Shown: positions 28,051-37,084 of the stretch, in pieces
Position numbering within the stretch: the stretch's first letter is position 1
Layout: every line of letters begins with the position of its first letter
The notes under the pieces: model-generated
What the model saw: the letters and a program-made list of their open reading frames with translations, nothing else
The model's database searches: none
Told to the model about the DNA's origin: nothing
Program-made: the position numbers and the translations under genes
Assembly: GCA_965223545.1 (NCBI GenBank)
Contig: OZ245006.1
Location: 4,736,001 to 4,800,000 of the forward strand
Source of the DNA: Planctomycetota bacterium
GTDB taxonomy: Bacteria > Planctomycetota > UBA1135 > UBA2386
Direction of reading: 5' to 3'
DNA: 64,000 nucleotides

Positions 28051-28719
28051 TCAGCGCACCCGAGCATGGCTCCAGCGGGTTTGAGGGTGGCAGCGATCGC
28101 ACCGCTGTACCCAGCCGAGCGGCACGTGCGGTGGGTTCTGCGTCGCGGCCGCGTCCAGCGCGTGGCAGGTCGAGCACTCGTGGTCGATCGGCTGGAAGTT
28201 GCCGACGAACGAGCCCGGGTGGCAGCGGTGGCAGGACACCGCCAGGTGGGCGCCGGTCAGCGGAAAGCGCGTGCGCGCGTGCAGCTCGATCTGCCCGGTG
28301 GGATGCCACGTTTGCTCGCCGTGGCAATCGGTGCAGGTCGGACCGAGATCGCCGGAGTGCACGTCCTCGTGGCATCCGGCGCAGCCGCGCGCGGCGAAGT
28401 CGGCCACCGGTCCGCGGTCGTTGTGACAGCGCAAGCACTGCGCCGTCGCATGCGCGCCGTGCAGCGCCACCCCGGTGTGCGCCTCGTGATCGAAGTCGAA
28501 GTCGTCGACCAGCTGGTGCCACGAATCGCCGACGTGGCACAGCGTGCAATCGCCGGGAAAGGTGTCGTGCGGTAGAACTGGCCCGAGGCCGCTCCACCAT
28601 CGATGCACCGCCGCGTCCGGTGTTCGCTGCACGGCGCAGGCGATGACCGTGTAGGCGATCGCCGCGGCGAGCATCGGCCAGCGCAGTCGGCGTCGAGGCG
28701 AGGGGTGGTTGTTGTGCAT
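28051..28719 (-). CDS. 7-heme c-type cytochrome (possible lipoprotein)
   Basis: Signal peptide ending VIAC; CTLCH, CLRCH, CAGCH, CTDCH, CHRCH, CSTCH, CDRCH; F.L.GAH module shared with the 23-heme protein. Confidence 0.88.
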   Translation of the reverse strand: MHNNHPSPRRRLRWPMLAAAIAYTVIACAVQRTPDAAVHRWWSGLGPVLPHDTFPGDCTLCHVGDSWHQLVDDFDFDHEAHTGVALHGAHATAQCLRCHNDRGPVADFAARGCAGCHEDVHSGDLGPTCTDCHGEQTWHPTGQIELHARTRFPLTGAHLAVSCHRCHPGSFVGNFQPIDHECSTCHALDAAATQNPPHVPLGWVQRCDRCHPQTRWSHARVR

Positions 28720-28730
28720 GGGTGCCTCGC

Positions 28731-30446
28731 TCAGAAGCTCCGGTCGACGTGGATGCCGACCGACCAAGAGGTGTCTTCGTCCCAGAACAAGGCCTGGGCC
28801 GACAGCGACAGCACCGCGCCGGCGGACAGCAAGAACGTGCGCGCGCAGTGCGCGCGGTGCTGGAACAAATCGTCGGCGTCGTCGTCGAAGCCGCGCAGAT
28901 GGTGGTGGGACAGCTCGTACAGCGCCTCCCACGAGCCGTTGTCGTCGTGCACGCCGTAGCGCACGCGGCTGCCGATCACCGACGAGAACTGTCCGGCGTT
29001 GCCGAAGACGGCCAGCTCCAGCCGACCCCGCTCGGACCACACGCCCTGTGCATCCACGCCGGTCTCGATCGCGGCGCCGTCGTCGTCCTCGTCGTCCCAA
29101 CCGCTGATGCTGAGCCGAACGCGACGGCCGGGCGAAGTGACGCGCCAACCGCTGAGCGTCAGCCGGTCATATCGATAGTCGCGCAGCTCGGGCGCGGTCG
29201 GCAGCGGCACGAACTCGACGCGCAGGATCTCGGGAAAGCGAACCCGCCGGTAGGTGGCGTCGATGCCGCTGCCGCTCTGCCAGCGGCGCGTCAGCGAGAC
29301 CAGCGCTTGGCTGATCTCGGGGCCACTCCCCTTGGTGTCGTCGCGGCCGTAGTAGAAGTCGACCCACGCGCTGGCGTGCGCCTGCCAGCCCTCGTCGGGC
29401 AGGTAGCGCGACTTGAGCACGACCAGGTCGCGGTCGGTCTTGCCGTGGTGCAGCGTCTTCTGGTACGCGGCCGCCGCCGTGAATCGCTCGCGCGTGTCCG
29501 CGGCCCATTGGTAGTAGATCGAGGCCTGCAGGTCGGCGAAGGAATCGAACTCGTCGTCGAGCTCGGGCAGGTAGCCGAAGCTGGCGCCGAACCGCTGGCC
29601 GTCGGCGCCGCGGTGGCTCACCTGGGCACCGTCGACGACCCCGAGCTCGGGGAGGTCGTCGTGCAAGAAGCGGCCCACCTGCCAGCGCGTCGGCTGAAAC
29701 CGGGTGCCGCCCCGGGCGTAGCTCAACCGGTGCGCCAGCAGGTCGAGGCCGTCGGTGTCGTCGTGCTCGGTCTTCGCCTCGAGCTCCGCGTCCAGGAACA
29801 GTGCGCCGCCGCGGCCGAACGGGTTCTCGATGTCGAACTCGACACCGGCCCGGGCGAAGCTGTTGTCGAACGAGTCGTAGCTGTTGTGATCGATCGCTCC
29901 CGCGAGAGCGACGCGGCCGCGCATCCGCCGCGGCCGCTCCGCCGGCCGCACCGGTCGCACCTGAGCCAGCAGCGGCATACCGGCCCGCCAGTCTGGGTCG
30001 CGGTTGGTCCAGCGCGGATCGCCGGCCTGCGGTGCATCGGGCGTGTCCGGAGCAGTGGGGGGCGGCGGGCGCGGGGTCGGGTCGTTGCGCGTGGGCGGCT
30101 GCGCCGACGGCGGGGGGGCGAGGCGCGAAGCCGGAATGCGTACCTGGCCGCGAGCCCCGACCGGCACGCGCGCGCCACTCTCGTGCAGCTCGACGATGGC
30201 GCTGCGCTCGGCCAGCTGGATCACCGTGCCGCGCAGCGTCGCACCGTCACGCGGCACGATCGTGATGATGTCGCCGTTCGCCAGCCCGTCGCGCTGGCCG
30301 CGGTCGATGATCACCTGGCCACCGGGTCGCGCCGCGGTGACGCGCAGCGCCAGCTCGTGCAGTGCGCCGGGCTGCTGCGCGCCGAGAACGGGGGCTGCCA
30401 GCGCGAGCAGCAGCAGACCGAGCCAGAGGTGAGCGGTGGGCGTCAT
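28731..30446 (-). CDS. Outer-membrane beta-barrel protein (putative porin of a porin-cytochrome complex)
   Basis: Signal MTPTAHLWLGLLLLALAAPVLGA; IDRG..DGL..GD N-domain, Pro-rich linker, amphipathic strands, C-terminal WSVGIHVDRSF (terminal Phe). Confidence 0.75.
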   Translation of the reverse strand: MTPTAHLWLGLLLLALAAPVLGAQQPGALHELALRVTAARPGGQVIIDRGQRDGLANGDIITIVPRDGATLRGTVIQLAERSAIVELHESGARVPVGARGQVRIPASRLAPPPSAQPPTRNDPTPRPPPPTAPDTPDAPQAGDPRWTNRDPDWRAGMPLLAQVRPVRPAERPRRMRGRVALAGAIDHNSYDSFDNSFARAGVEFDIENPFGRGGALFLDAELEAKTEHDDTDGLDLLAHRLSYARGGTRFQPTRWQVGRFLHDDLPELGVVDGAQVSHRGADGQRFGASFGYLPELDDEFDSFADLQASIYYQWAADTRERFTAAAAYQKTLHHGKTDRDLVVLKSRYLPDEGWQAHASAWVDFYYGRDDTKGSGPEISQALVSLTRRWQSGSGIDATYRRVRFPEILRVEFVPLPTAPELRDYRYDRLTLSGWRVTSPGRRVRLSISGWDDEDDDGAAIETGVDAQGVWSERGRLELAVFGNAGQFSSVIGSRVRYGVHDDNGSWEALYELSHHHLRGFDDDADDLFQHRAHCARTFLLSAGAVLSLSAQALFWDEDTSWSVGIHVDRSF

Positions 30447-32557
30447 GGTTGGCGGCGCCGCCGGCGGCGCAGTGGGTCGTAGTGCTCGCGGTGGCAGTCG
30501 GTGCACTGGTGCGCGATCGGTCGGTAGCGGATCACGCCGTCGTTGCCTTGTCCGTCGGCGAGGTGGCAGGCGGCGCAGTCCAGCGCGCGGTGCTGCGCGC
30601 CGAGCGCGAACGCGGCATCGCGTTCGTGGTCGAAGCGCGACGCCGCAAAGGCGGTGGCCGGGTCGTGGCAGCGCTGACAGTCGGTGCGACCGGCGGCGTC
30701 GTCGAACTGGCCGCCGTGCGGATCGGTGTGGCAGTCCGCACACGCCGTGCCCCGCGCGCGGTGCCAGGTGCGGCCGTGGGCGTCGGCCGGCACCATCGGC
30801 GCATGGCAGGTCGAGCACGCGGCCTGTGCGTGCGCACCGGTCAGGGCAAAGCCGGTCCACTGGCCGTGGTCGAAGCCATGTGGAAGCGCGCGGAACGAGC
30901 TGTCGGCGTGACACCGCGCGCAGTCCGCCCTGCCCTCGACGGTCGCCGGCAGGCCGGGTCCGTCGAAGCCGCCGCGGTGCGGGTCTCGATGGCAGCTGTG
31001 ACACCCCTCGAACGCGCCGAAGTGATCGGCGACCCGACCGAGCGTGCGGCCGCTGGCGTCCGGGGTCGCGCTGCGCGGGTGGCAGCTCTCGCAACCGGCC
31101 TGTTGGTGGGCACCGCCGACCGCGAAGCCGGTCCAGGCGCCGTGGTCGAAGCCTTCCCGCAGCGCGGGGTGCGCGAAGCCGTGCGTGGTGTGACAGTGCG
31201 CGCAGCGCCCGTGCGGCGGCCGGTCGATCGCCGCGTCGAACCGGTCGAACTGGCCGCCGTGCGCGTCGCGATGGCAGTCGGCGCAGCGCGTCGAGGTGCC
31301 GGCAAAGCGCCGCACGCCGTCGCCGTCCGCAGTGTGGCAGTCGGCGCAGGCGAGGTCCTGGTGGGCGCCGTCGAGCGGCAGCGCTGCGCCGGCGTGTCGT
31401 TCGCGGTCGAAGGCGGGCGGTGCAAAGTGGTCGCGGTCGTGGCACGCCCGGCAGTGCCGCCCGGCGTCGGCACCGGTCTGGAAGCGGCTGCCGGCGAACT
31501 GGCCGGCGTGCGGGTCCGCGTGGCAGCGGTGGCAGTCGTCAGCGGTCCGGCCCGGGTGCCGGGTGGCGAAGTCGGCGGCGTCGGGTGCATGGCACCGGGC
31601 GCAGTCGACGTCTTGGTGCGGTCCCGCCAGGGCAAAGCCGGTGGCCGCGTGTTGCGCCGGTGTGAGCCGCTCCGCCTCCCGCCAGTCGTGGTGCTCGTGC
31701 CGGTGGCAGTCGGCGCAGGCGTTGCCGGCCGGTCCGCCGTGCTGTGCAGCGGCGGCCTCGGCGAACGGCTGTGTGTGCGGTGAGGCGTGGCAGTCGTCGC
31801 AGCGGCGGGGCGTGCCGACGTTCTCGGCGCGTTCGAGCGCGTGTGCGCTGCCGGCCGCGTGGCAGGTGCGGCAGTCGAGGGCGGCGTGGGCGCCCGCCAA
31901 CCGCAGATGCCGGTCGTGGCCGGCCGCGCGGTGCTCGGTGAACGCGGCCTGCGTGTGGCAGGCCGCGCAGTCGCGGTGCATGCGGCCTTGGTGCGGGTCT
32001 TCGTGGCAGCTGGCGCAGGTCGCGTCGAGGCCGGTGTATCGCTGCGCGCCGGCCGGCAGCACGGCGGTGTCGGCGTGCGCGTGGCAGGCCGCGCACTCGA
32101 GCTCCTGGTGCGCGCCGCCCATGGCGAAGCCGACGCTGTGGTGGTCGAAGCCTTCGCGGCCGTCGAAGCCCGCGGCAACGAAGCTCTGCCGGTTGACGAG
32201 GGCGAAGGACGCGCCGTGGTGCTCGCTGTGGCAGCGCGCGCACGCCGCCGAGGCGGCCTGGCTCGAGCGGCCGTGCAGCCCCTCGCCGTCGACTCGCTGC
32301 GCTTCGATGTCGTCGTGGCACTGTAGGCAGGACTGCGTCATGTCGGAGAACCAGCCGCCGTGGCACTGCGCGCAGCTGCGGTCGCCGGCCAGGTCGGGGT
32401 GGGCGCCGTGTACGGTCGACAGCGTGCCGGGGGCGACGCGGTCGAGATCGCCGATCACCAGCGCGCCGACCGCGACCGCCGAGAGCACCGCGATGGCGAC
32501 GCCGGCGTGGCGCCGCAACCAGGGGTCGCTCGGCTGGCGGGGTCGTGCGCGGGTCAT
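30443..32557 (-). CDS. 23-heme c-type cytochrome with N-terminal membrane anchor/signal
   Basis: 23 CxxCH in 704 aa, arranged in tri-heme repeats FDH...GF.L.GAH...CxxCH...CxxCH.DPH.G.F...CxxCH. Confidence 0.92.
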   Translation of the reverse strand: MTRARPRQPSDPWLRRHAGVAIAVLSAVAVGALVIGDLDRVAPGTLSTVHGAHPDLAGDRSCAQCHGGWFSDMTQSCLQCHDDIEAQRVDGEGLHGRSSQAASAACARCHSEHHGASFALVNRQSFVAAGFDGREGFDHHSVGFAMGGAHQELECAACHAHADTAVLPAGAQRYTGLDATCASCHEDPHQGRMHRDCAACHTQAAFTEHRAAGHDRHLRLAGAHAALDCRTCHAAGSAHALERAENVGTPRRCDDCHASPHTQPFAEAAAAQHGGPAGNACADCHRHEHHDWREAERLTPAQHAATGFALAGPHQDVDCARCHAPDAADFATRHPGRTADDCHRCHADPHAGQFAGSRFQTGADAGRHCRACHDRDHFAPPAFDRERHAGAALPLDGAHQDLACADCHTADGDGVRRFAGTSTRCADCHRDAHGGQFDRFDAAIDRPPHGRCAHCHTTHGFAHPALREGFDHGAWTGFAVGGAHQQAGCESCHPRSATPDASGRTLGRVADHFGAFEGCHSCHRDPHRGGFDGPGLPATVEGRADCARCHADSSFRALPHGFDHGQWTGFALTGAHAQAACSTCHAPMVPADAHGRTWHRARGTACADCHTDPHGGQFDDAAGRTDCQRCHDPATAFAASRFDHERDAAFALGAQHRALDCAACHLADGQGNDGVIRYRPIAHQCTDCHREHYDPLRRRRRRQP

Positions 32558-34797
32558 CGCTCCGCTCCTGCGCCGAGCGGCGCCGCGGCGTCACCGGCGC
32601 CGTAGGCGAGCGCGTAGAACACGTGCACGGCGAGCAGCAGCAGCATCAGCACCGCGACCCAGCGGTGTAGCCAGCGCCAGGTCGACAGCAGCGCGCGCAC
32701 GTCCTCGAAGTGCGCTGCGGTCACTGCGAGGTGGTGCGCGCGGCGGGTCAGGTCGATGGTGCGCGCGATCTCGGGTGGGGCGACGCCGTGCTGGGTTCCC
32801 TCGTGTCGCAGTCCGCTGATCGTGCGGCGCAGCGAGCGCTGCGCGGTGAGCAGACCGAATGCCCGGCCGGCGAAGCCCGCCCGCCAGCGGTGGCGTTCGA
32901 CCGATTCCTCGACCGCCCGCCGCGCCGACCGGCGCAGGTCGACGGCGGCCGTGCTCCAGTCTTCGCTGCTGCTCTCGAGCTCCGCCTTGACCTCGTCCAG
33001 CCGCAGCTCGCGGCCGTTGGCGGCGCGCGGCAACCATGCGTAGAAGTAGCGGCCGATCGCGCCCGAGACGACAAGTGCGAGCAAGGCCCACAGCGCGTGG
33101 CCCCCGGGTGTGTCGCGCGGGGCCAGGGCGGCGTGCAGGACCGCGCACAGCAGCGCCAGCACGCCGGTGGCGACGTGGCTGGTCATCCACAAGCGCAGGC
33201 TGCCGAGGCGCAGGTGGAAGCGCTCGGTGCGCCGCGCCAGATAGGCCAGGTTGGTCGCGATCAGTGCGACCGCGGCGATGCCGAACGCGAGGCCCGCGCC
33301 GCGACCAGGCCGCAGCCACTCGTGAAGGTCGTGGGTCGGCCGTTCGGCGGTGGCCAAGCCATAGTAGTCGACGTGCCACAGCACCCACGCCGTGGCCAGC
33401 GCCAGCAGTGCTGCGGCCGTGATCGCCGCGTTGCGGATGCCGGCGCCGCGCGGTTGCGCCGCGGCGGGCGGCGGCCGCAGCTCCGGATTGCACGAGACCC
33501 CGGCGGCGGCGAGCAGCGCTGCCGGCGGCGTGCCGCCGAGCATCGCGAACACGCGGTGCACCGCCAGCCTGCCCCGCCGGATGCCCTCCGCCGTGCGCCG
33601 TTCGAGCTCGACGTGGTCCTCGGTGATGCCGCGGATCTCGGTGCTCATCAACAGCCGCAGCCGGCCGCGCTGCGCGAGGTCGTGCAGGCGCTGCTCGTTG
33701 GCGCGGCGCATGCGGTAGAAGTGCGGTTTGCGGTAGGCCAGGTGCACACGGTTGCCGGGTTGCTCGGCCAGCGCGATCGCGGTCTCCGCTGCGCTGTCGC
33801 CGCCACCGACCACCAGCAGCGCGCGGTCGCGCAAGGACTGCGCGTCGAGCAGGCCATAGGCCACCGACGAAGCGTCCTCGCCGGGCACGTCGAGCCGCGC
33901 CGGCGTGCCGCGGCGGCCGATCGCCAGGCAGACCGCGCGGGCGCGCACTTCGGCGGAGTTGCCGCGCACCCGCAGGCTGCCGTCGGCGTCGCGTTCGACC
34001 GCCTCGACGACCGCGTCGCAGCGCAGCGGCAGCTCGTGGCTGTCGACCAGCTCGCTCCACAGCGCGACCAGCTCCTCCTTCTCGTAGCTGCGCTGTGGCA
34101 GCCGCCCGTGCAGCGGCAGCGCCACCGACTCGGTGAGCACCAGCTTTTGGCGCGGGTACTTCGCCACCGTGCCGCCGGCGGCGCTCTCCTGCTCGAGCCA
34201 GACGAAGGACAGCCCGTGCGCACGGGCCTGCAGCGCGCACGCCAGCCCGGCCGGCCCCGCGCCGACGATGCACAGGTCGCGCAACCCGGCTTCGGCATTC
34301 CGTGCGCGGCGTGCGGCGACCCGGTCCGCCACCGCCGTGCCGTGCTCCACCGCGGTCTTGATCAGCGCGTGTGCGGTGACCTCACCGGCGAGGAACACGC
34401 CCGGCGCGGTTACCGACTCGAGCTCGTCGGTCAGCACCGGCACATCGTCGCGCTCGGCGAGATCCGCGATCGTCACGGTGATCGCGTCCACCGGACAGAC
34501 GCGTGCGCAGGCCGCCACACCGACGCACCGCGCGCCGTGGATCACCGCCGCCTGCCCGTGCACCATGCCGAGCACGTCGTCTTCGGGGCAGACCTCGACA
34601 CACTTGCCGCAGCCGAGGCAGCGGCTCAGATCGATGTGCGGCTGCTGCAGCCGCGCGGCCCGGTCCCCGGCGCGCGCCGCCGTCTCGCGCGCCCGCACCT
34701 GCCGCTGCATGCGCAGAAGCTCCCCCCGCCGCGACGCGGTCGCGAACAGGGAAAGCCCGAGGATGGTGATCGCGGTGAGGACGAAACCCCAGCTCAT
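32554..34797 (-). CDS. Fe-S ferredoxin / FAD-NAD(P)H oxidoreductase / ferric-reductase-like diheme-b membrane fusion
   Basis: CLGCGKCVEVCP and CVGVAACARVCP; IVGAGPAG (FAD); VVGGGDSA...YRK (NADPH); TM helices with two His pairs 14 residues apart. Confidence 0.88.
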   Translation of the reverse strand: MSWGFVLTAITILGLSLFATASRRGELLRMQRQVRARETAARAGDRAARLQQPHIDLSRCLGCGKCVEVCPEDDVLGMVHGQAAVIHGARCVGVAACARVCPVDAITVTIADLAERDDVPVLTDELESVTAPGVFLAGEVTAHALIKTAVEHGTAVADRVAARRARNAEAGLRDLCIVGAGPAGLACALQARAHGLSFVWLEQESAAGGTVAKYPRQKLVLTESVALPLHGRLPQRSYEKEELVALWSELVDSHELPLRCDAVVEAVERDADGSLRVRGNSAEVRARAVCLAIGRRGTPARLDVPGEDASSVAYGLLDAQSLRDRALLVVGGGDSAAETAIALAEQPGNRVHLAYRKPHFYRMRRANEQRLHDLAQRGRLRLLMSTEIRGITEDHVELERRTAEGIRRGRLAVHRVFAMLGGTPPAALLAAAGVSCNPELRPPPAAAQPRGAGIRNAAITAAALLALATAWVLWHVDYYGLATAERPTHDLHEWLRPGRGAGLAFGIAAVALIATNLAYLARRTERFHLRLGSLRLWMTSHVATGVLALLCAVLHAALAPRDTPGGHALWALLALVVSGAIGRYFYAWLPRAANGRELRLDEVKAELESSSEDWSTAAVDLRRSARRAVEESVERHRWRAGFAGRAFGLLTAQRSLRRTISGLRHEGTQHGVAPPEIARTIDLTRRAHHLAVTAAHFEDVRALLSTWRWLHRWVAVLMLLLLAVHVFYALAYGAGDAAAPLGAGAER

Positions 34798-34917
34798 GCC
34801 GACTTCGGCGCCGGCTGCCACCCGCTGGCAGTCCGGCCCACTTCTCTAGTCGGCGATTCAGGGCCTCGGAGTGGGGGTGGCGCGCGCGGATTTCGAAGCA
34901 GCGCGCGGCTTGGCGCC

Positions 34918-36972
34918 TCAGTGTCCGATGCGCAGGTCCAACGCGTTCGTCAAGGCGATCCCGATCGAGGCCGCCGGATCGGGTACCGCGGCCTGCACGT
35001 GTACGTGCTGCGCCAGCAGTCTCGGCAGCAGCGGGATCGGGGCGTCGAGAGTGGTGATCCCCAGCGGGTCGGTCGTCGCGGCAACGACTGCTGCAATTCG
35101 CGTCAGGTCGATCCACGCCGTGCAGCCGCCCCCGAGGCTGGTCACTGCCGATGCGGGAGAGAAGAAGGCGACCGCGGGGGCCGTCGCCGGTGCGTCGACG
35201 AGATCGAGCTTGAACGAACGAGAGCCGAGGGCGGGGGTGCTCCAGCCGCGAAGGTCGGGCCGGGTCGTTGCGCCACAGCCATCTCCGGAGCGCGTGACCG
35301 AAGCCGGCGAGCCGGACAAGATCCACGATTGGGTGGCGCCGTCGGCCAGCAACAGGGTGGTGCGGCCGACGTGATCGAAGACCATCGGGCCCGCGAGCCG
35401 AGCCGTCGCGCGCACGCCGGTCGCCACTTGCTGCCAAGACGACCCGTCCCAGGCGAAGGCAGCACCGCCGAACGCATGCGCGACGACGCGGGCTGCATCG
35501 GGGTCGTAGGCCGCGGCGACGGGACCAGCGCCGGAAGTGACGGCGGCACCGAGACGGCTCCACGCAGTCCCATCCCACTCCCAGGTGCCGCTCGCACCGA
35601 TGAACACGACGCGCTGCCGGCGCGTGTCGGTCACCATGGTTCCGACCGAGTCGGGAGGGAGCGAGCTCGGCTGGATGCGCGTCCAAGTCGTTCCGTCGTA
35701 GCTCCACATGTCCGCGCCACCGAGCACGATGCGTTGCAGCACGGGATCCCAGGCCATCGGCGCGTGATATCGCGCACTCGGCACGGTCGTCGGATTCATC
35801 TGCTGCCAGCGCGATCCGTCCCATTCCCACGTCGCGGCGAACGCGATGCCCGCGGTGAATCCGCCGAACAACACGGCCCGGCGCCGGCGCGGATCGTACG
35901 CCAGGCTGTAGCCAAACTGGGGCATCGGCTGCGGGGACGTCGCCACGCGCTGCCAATTCGCCCCGTCGTACTCCCAGGTCTCGCCGTCGTGAACCGTGAC
36001 TGCTCGGCGGCGGTGGACGTCGTAGCAGAGGCCTCGGGACTGGTTGAACAGGCCGGGGGGATGGGGGTTCGCCCGCGTTGAGGACCATGCCGCGCCGTCC
36101 CAGCTCCAGACGGTCCCGTCGGCTTCGAAGACGGACACGCGTCCGGTCGCGGGCACGAAGGCCAGCGGCTCGCCGGCGGACGGGCCGACGGTCGGGCCGC
36201 CCCGCCAGGTGCTGCCGTCCCATTCCCAGGTCTCGCCGTCGGTGAGCAGGACCATGCGGGCACGGGTCTCGTCGAACGCCATGGTCGCCTGGCCTCCAGG
36301 CGGACCGCTGGCGCTGCGCAGGATCCACGTGGTGCCGTCCCACTCCCAAGTGTCGCGCAGTGGGTTCGTGGGCCCACTGCCGAAGCCGCCGAACAGCACC
36401 GTCACTCCCCGGGTCGTGTCGTAGCCCATGGCGTGGCTGAACCGTGCCGCCGGCGTCGCGGCAGTGAGTCGTTGGGCCCAACGAGCCCCGTCCCACTCCC
36501 AGGTCTCGGCCAGCGAGCCGAACTCCCGGCCGCCGAACAACACCGCGCGCCCGCGTCCTCGGTCGTACGCCATGCCGGCGTCGGCGCCGCTCGGTTGGGG
36601 GAGCGCGGTGTCGAGCTGCCACTGTGCACCGTTCCACCGCCAGGTGGCGCGCGGATACACCCCGGAGACGGAGTCCCATCCACCGGAGACGAGCACGGTG
36701 CCTCGGGTGTCGTCGTAGACCGCGGCTGGACTCGACAGGCCGTGCGGGGTGTTGAACGCATTCACCCCCATGGGGGTCCAGCCGCGTCCGTCCGACTCGA
36801 AGGTGTCCGTCGGGGTGATGCCGACGGCTCTGCCGCGGGCGCGGTCATAGGCAAGGGCACCGAGGCTCTGTGGATTCTTCAGAATCCACGTTCGGGACTG
36901 GGCCTCCACGGTTTGTGTGATGGGGGCGCAGAGAATGACGGCGGTGGCCGAGCAGCGCGCGATCGAGTGCAT
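34918..36972 (-). CDS. Secreted Kelch-like (TWEWDG-repeat) protein with conserved C-terminal domain
   Basis: GGAGG RBS; signal peptide; YD..R...VLFGG...TWEWDG repeats; same C-terminal domain as 9028..11157. Confidence 0.85.
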   Translation of the reverse strand: MHSIARCSATAVILCAPITQTVEAQSRTWILKNPQSLGALAYDRARGRAVGITPTDTFESDGRGWTPMGVNAFNTPHGLSSPAAVYDDTRGTVLVSGGWDSVSGVYPRATWRWNGAQWQLDTALPQPSGADAGMAYDRGRGRAVLFGGREFGSLAETWEWDGARWAQRLTAATPAARFSHAMGYDTTRGVTVLFGGFGSGPTNPLRDTWEWDGTTWILRSASGPPGGQATMAFDETRARMVLLTDGETWEWDGSTWRGGPTVGPSAGEPLAFVPATGRVSVFEADGTVWSWDGAAWSSTRANPHPPGLFNQSRGLCYDVHRRRAVTVHDGETWEYDGANWQRVATSPQPMPQFGYSLAYDPRRRRAVLFGGFTAGIAFAATWEWDGSRWQQMNPTTVPSARYHAPMAWDPVLQRIVLGGADMWSYDGTTWTRIQPSSLPPDSVGTMVTDTRRQRVVFIGASGTWEWDGTAWSRLGAAVTSGAGPVAAAYDPDAARVVAHAFGGAAFAWDGSSWQQVATGVRATARLAGPMVFDHVGRTTLLLADGATQSWILSGSPASVTRSGDGCGATTRPDLRGWSTPALGSRSFKLDLVDAPATAPAVAFFSPASAVTSLGGGCTAWIDLTRIAAVVAATTDPLGITTLDAPIPLLPRLLAQHVHVQAAVPDPAASIGIALTNALDLRIGH

Positions 36973-37084
36973 CGTTTCTTCCTCCGTCCCGATCCTACGA
37001 CGATGTGTTTCGCCTTGTCCACCTCCCCGGCGGGTTCTGCCATGCGCCGACGGAGTTCTCGATCGACGGGCGCGTTGGAGACCC

